This document shows, one piece after another, positions 59,570 to 64,000 of a DNA stretch of 64,000 nucleotides. The DNA is taken from the NCBI GenBank assembly GCA_905178155.1, contig CAJINV010000010.1:3802587-3866586 (forward strand), in the 5' to 3' direction. The translations under genes were made by a program, and so were the position numbers. Each line of letters begins with the position of its first letter. Position 1 is the first letter of the stretch. The notes beneath the pieces are model-generated. The model did not search any database and had not been told where the DNA came from. It saw only the letters and a program-made list of their open reading frames with translations. Source of the DNA: Amoebophrya sp. A120. Its lineage: Eukaryota > Protista > Dinoflagellata.

Positions 59570-62420
59570 GCCGGAACGAAAGAGGTGGCAAAAGGTGACT
59601 GCCTGGAAGCTCTTGGCCATCACTCTTGCTCGGTTGCCCGACCGGAAAGTGATGAGCAAAAGTGATGGCCATGGAGCACTTGGCAAATACTTTTGCGCGA
59701 CCCGACCCGAAAGTGGTGGCCGCGGAGCTCTTGGCCAACACTTTTGCCCGCGCGGGAAGAAAGAAAGTGGCTGAGTGATGGCCGAAAATGACGGCCAGGG
59801 AGCTCTTGGCCATCACTTTCGCCCGACCGTGCCGGAAGGCGATGGCCAAAAGCGATGGCCCGCGCAGGGAGCTCTTGGCCACCACTTTTGCCCGCCCGGA
59901 ACGAAAGTGATGGCCAACGAGCGAAAGTCGATGGCTGGCCACGGAGCTCTCGGCCATCATTTTTGCCCGACCGGAAATGGATGAGCAGGGAGCTCATGGT
60001 CATCATTTTTGCCCGACCGGAAAGCGATGGCCGGAAGTGATGGCCGAGGACTTTCGCATGCCCGGGCGAAAAGCGGTGGCAGCGGAACTACTGGCCAACA
60101 CTTTTGCCCGACAGGAAAGGAAGCGCTGGGCAAAAGTAATGGCCAAGGAAAGAGCCCTTGGCCACCACTTTTGCCCATCCGGAAAGTGATGGGCAAAAGT
60201 TAAAGCGATGGCCAAGGAGTTGTCGCCATTGTTTTTCTTTGCCCGGCCGAAAAGTGATGGCCAGGGAGCTTCTGGCCATCACTTTTGCCCGACCGGAAAG
60301 CGATGGCAAAAAGTGGTGGCCGCGGAGTTCTTGGCCACCACCCTTGCCCGACCGGAAAGCGATAGCCACAATCGCTTTCGCTCGAGCGAAACAAAAGCGA
60401 TGGCCGCGAGGCTCTTGGCCAGCCATCACCTTTGCCCGGCCGAGAGGCGATCGATGGCCACTTTGACGGCCAGGGAGCTCTTGGCCATCATGTGTGCCCG
60501 GCCGAAAGGCGACGCCCGAGGAGTTCTTCGCCATCAATTTTGCCAGGCCGGAAAGCGATGGGTGGCCAGGGAGCTCTTGGCCATCCCTTTTGCCCGACAG
60601 GAAAGCGATTGCCAGCCAAAAGTGATCGGCGGCCAGGGGGGTCTTGGCCATTACTTTGGCCCGAGCGAAAAGTGGCCACTTTTGCCCGAACGGAAAGCGA
60701 TGCATGCCCCAGCAGCTCCTGGCCATCATTTTCGCCCGACTCCTGGCCACCACTTTTGCCCGGCCGGAAAGTGATGGCCAAAAGTTTCACTTTTGCCCGA
60801 CCGGAGGTGGTGGCCAAGGAGCCCGTCGCCGCCCGTCACTTTTGCCAGCCCAGCCCGGCCGGGCAAGGTACGGAGCTTTTGGCCATCACTTTTGGCCGCC
60901 CGGAAACTGGTGGCAAAAAATGATCGCCGCGGAGTTCTTGGCCACCATTTTTGCCCGCCCCGGCCGGAAAGCGATGGCCAAAAGTTATTGCCAAGGAGCC
61001 CCGGGCCATCACTTTTGTCCGTCCCGAAAGTGCTCTTGGCCTCCACTTTGTTTTGCTCGGCGGGCCCACCGGAAAGTGGGGGCCAAGCTCTTGGCCACCA
61101 CTTTTGCCCGGGCGGCCGGAAAGTGATGGCCAAAAGTTAGTTTCAACTTTGCTCGACCGGAGGTGATGGCCAAGGAGCCCTTCGCCGTCACTTTTGCCCC
61201 GCCCGGCTGGGCTAGGAGCTTCTGACCATCGCTTTTGCCCGCCCGGAAAGTGGTGGCCAAACGTGATCGCTGCGAAGTTCTTGGCCACAACTTTTGCTCG
61301 GCCGGAAAATGATGGCCGGGGAGCTCTTGTCCATCACTTTTGCCCGGGCGAAAAGCGATGGCCAAAAGTGATGGCCAAGCAGCTCTCGGCCACCACTTTT
61401 GCCCGATCGGAAAGTGATGGCCAAGGAGCTTTCGCCCCTCACTTTTGCCCGACCGGAAGCAAAGCGATGGCCGCCAAAAGTAGTGGCCGAGGAGCTGCTG
61501 TTGGGTGGCCATCACCTTGCTCGCCCGGGCGGAAGGTCATGGATGGCCAAGGAACTCCTGGCCGCCATTTTTGCCGGGGGGGACAGGAAGTAACGTTTGC
61601 TCGACCGGAAAGCGATGGCCAGGGGGCTCCTGGCCCTCACTCTTGCCCGGCCGGAAGGTGATGGCCAAGCAACCAAGGAGCTCGCAGCCCTCACTTTTGC
61701 CCGAAAGAAAAGTGGCGGCCAAGGGGCTCCTGGCCGCGCCGTCACTTTTGGTTGCCCGAAGGGAAATTGATGGCCAAGGGTCTCCCTGCCGTTACTTTTG
61801 CCCGACCGGAGAGTGATGTCCAAAAGCGGCGCCCATCCAAGGAGCTCTTCTTGGCCACCAATTTTGCCTGAGCGAGCGAAAATTGATGGCCATGGAACTC
61901 TTGGCCAGCCATCACATTTGCCCGATCGGGAAGTGATGGCCCAGGGGAGGCTTTTGGCCATCGCTTTGGCCCGGCGGGCCGGAAAATGGTGGCCCAGGAG
62001 GAGCGCCTGCCTATTACTTTTGCTGGACCCGACCGGCAAAGTGATGGCCAAAAATGATGGTCAAGGGGCTCGCGGCCGTCACTTTTGCGCCGCCCGTCCG
62101 CGAAGTGATGGCCAAGGACCCCTGGGCCATCGCTTTGCCCGGCGACCGGAAACGATGGCCCACCCAGGAGGCGCTCTTGGCCACCACTTTGGCCCGGCCG
62201 GAACGAAAGTGACGGCCAAGGAGCCCGCGCCCCATGCCCGAGTAAAAAGTGATGGCCGAGGAGCTTCTGGCCACCACTTTTGCCCGAGCGAAAAGCAAGG
62301 GCAAAAAGTGATGGCCAAGGAGCTCCCGGCCATCACTTTTGCCCGAGCGAAGGCAAAGGGATGGCCAGGAAGCTTTTTGCCATCACTTTTGCCATGCCGG
62401 AAAGTGATGGCCGAGGAGTT
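59570..62420. repeat. Degenerate palindromic satellite (unit about 45 bp)
   Basis: Recurring AAAGTGATGGCCAAGGAGCTCTTGGCCATCACTTTTGCCCGACCGG; each unit is an inverted repeat. Confidence 0.92.
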
Positions 62421-64000
62421 GATCCCTGTTTTCGGGCGTGAAAACAGGGGCAGTCGAGCTTGTCGACGCTTTCTGTATCAGAATCGCACTGAAGTTGATG
62501 CGCGGCTTTGTTCTGCTGCTCGCCAGGGCGTGCAGCATAACATTCTGCGCGACGGTATGGCGTAGAGATACAGGGGAAGCGTTGAATCTGTTACACGAAG
62601 CTTCTAGACGAGACCTTCTAAGCACATTCGTTTAGAATTATTTTAGTAGAGGCCTCCTATAGATTATATTTATACGGAGGCCCGGGCCAGATTTTGTATT
62701 ATTATAATTATTTCCTTCGTGTAAACTGAAGAGCTTAATATATCACGATCACCTCGTATGACAAGCTAATATCACGTAGAACGAACGCGCATCAGCTGCT
62801 TGGTGCCGCTTCGAAGAAGTTGTTTCTTATGGACGTAAAGTAAGAGCTGCACTGGCATATTGCCTGCAGTCCTACAGTAGGTCGTGTTGAATCCATCACA
62901 AAAGTGCAATTCCCGTTTAGGATGATCCACCACAAAAGTCTACTTCAAAACTCCTGATGTATCTATAGTGGTGACTAGAACTACTAAAAAAACTGTACAA
63001 AATTATGAGGAGATGATGTGAAGAACTTCTAAGATCGACAAAACAGGCAGTGCAAGTAGAACCTTTGAAGCTCAGGAAAAAAAGCTTGTCGTGCAGCTGT
63101 CACGACATTACTAAAATGCCGAAGTCTCCTGCTGTAGTATTGGCGCCCTGTTCACATTCTCGACGAAGAAGATCGAGCAATTTCTGGATCTCAGTTTCTT
63201 CAATATTTACCAGCTTGCATGAAAAAAATTACTCGACCGGAACTTGAAATCCAAACCGCAAGGAAGATGATTACATGTGGTTCCTTGCCCGAGTTGTAAT
63301 TACTAAAAATAAAGCTCTGTTCTTTATTTGCATGACCGAAGTCATCTTTTTACTACTTGCGTGCCTTCGACGGCCGCGACTTCCTACTGACCAACGTTTT
63401 AAATTTCCATGTGTACAACTCTGCAGGCCAAAACCTACGTAGGCTTCTCTGGCATTAAATTTTAAAGCCGAAGCCGTAGTGTAAAGTAATTTTTTGTTTC
63501 GTACGAAAAGAATAGACACAATAGGACGGTAAAGATAAGACTGAGTTGTAGTAGAGTCATTTCATCTGTAGTTGACTAAACTTCTGCTAGAGTGCGTTGT
63601 AGCTCTAAGACCTCATTTATTGTTCACCAAGTTTGTTTTTTTTTTCTGTGGTGGCTCCATCAGCATCCTTTTGTGTACTAGAAGAGCGCGGCTACTTACA
63701 GCAACTCTAACTCTAATGGCGAAGATCGCAAGGAAGCTAAGATGCTATCTTCTCAGTAGCGGATGGTATTGGTAGCTTCGTACTGGGAGGCATATAGAAG
63801 GGAAACGAAATAGCCTTCCAGTTTTTCAGGACGCGGCTGGTGTGGAGTATAAGACGTCAGTAGCTCTTGCCTCGTGCACAAAGGGCATAACTACCACGGG
63901 TGCGATTTTTTTATCGCCTCAGAGCAGCTTGTCATTTCTCCTGGTTCCTGTAAAACAAAAAAGCTTTCTACTCGCGGAAGTATTTTGTAGTTCCCAACAA

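Noticed and set aside
59570-62420. CRISPR array, or the many overlapping ORFs in this region
   Set aside because: No unique spacers, degenerate repeats, no cas genes and a eukaryotic context. The ORFs come from stop-poor GC-rich repeats.

Overview
Eukaryotic (protist) genomic DNA, most likely an Amoebophrya-like syndinean dinoflagellate; this is inferred from the intron style, not proven. The ORF track looks fragmented because the genes are interrupted by about 90 short MITE-like elements (about 70 non-redundant, 150-390 bp, at least 9 families). Almost all begin TAT, end ATA, have 15-30 bp terminal inverted repeats (TIRs) and sit in a 5-bp target-site duplication (TSD). Removing an element plus one TSD copy restores the reading frame, so they act as non-canonical 'introner' introns. 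Splicing them out by hand gives four + strand genes: a PPR protein (8940-12068, partial copy at 1-1453), GPI transamidase subunit PIG-U (13813-21736), a PP1-family phosphatase with an N-myristoylation motif and a WW-like insertion (23353-35267), and a large IQ-like/coiled-coil protein (41228-58636). A few GT-AG introns coexist. Three introners carry nested secondary insertions: a poly(A)-tailed dimeric SINE-like element, a 463-bp insert with a 20-bp TSD, and a TG..CA element. A palindromic satellite of about 2.9 kb with a Helitron-like terminus lies near the end. Two large duplications next to N gaps are probably assembly artefacts. No transposase gene was found.
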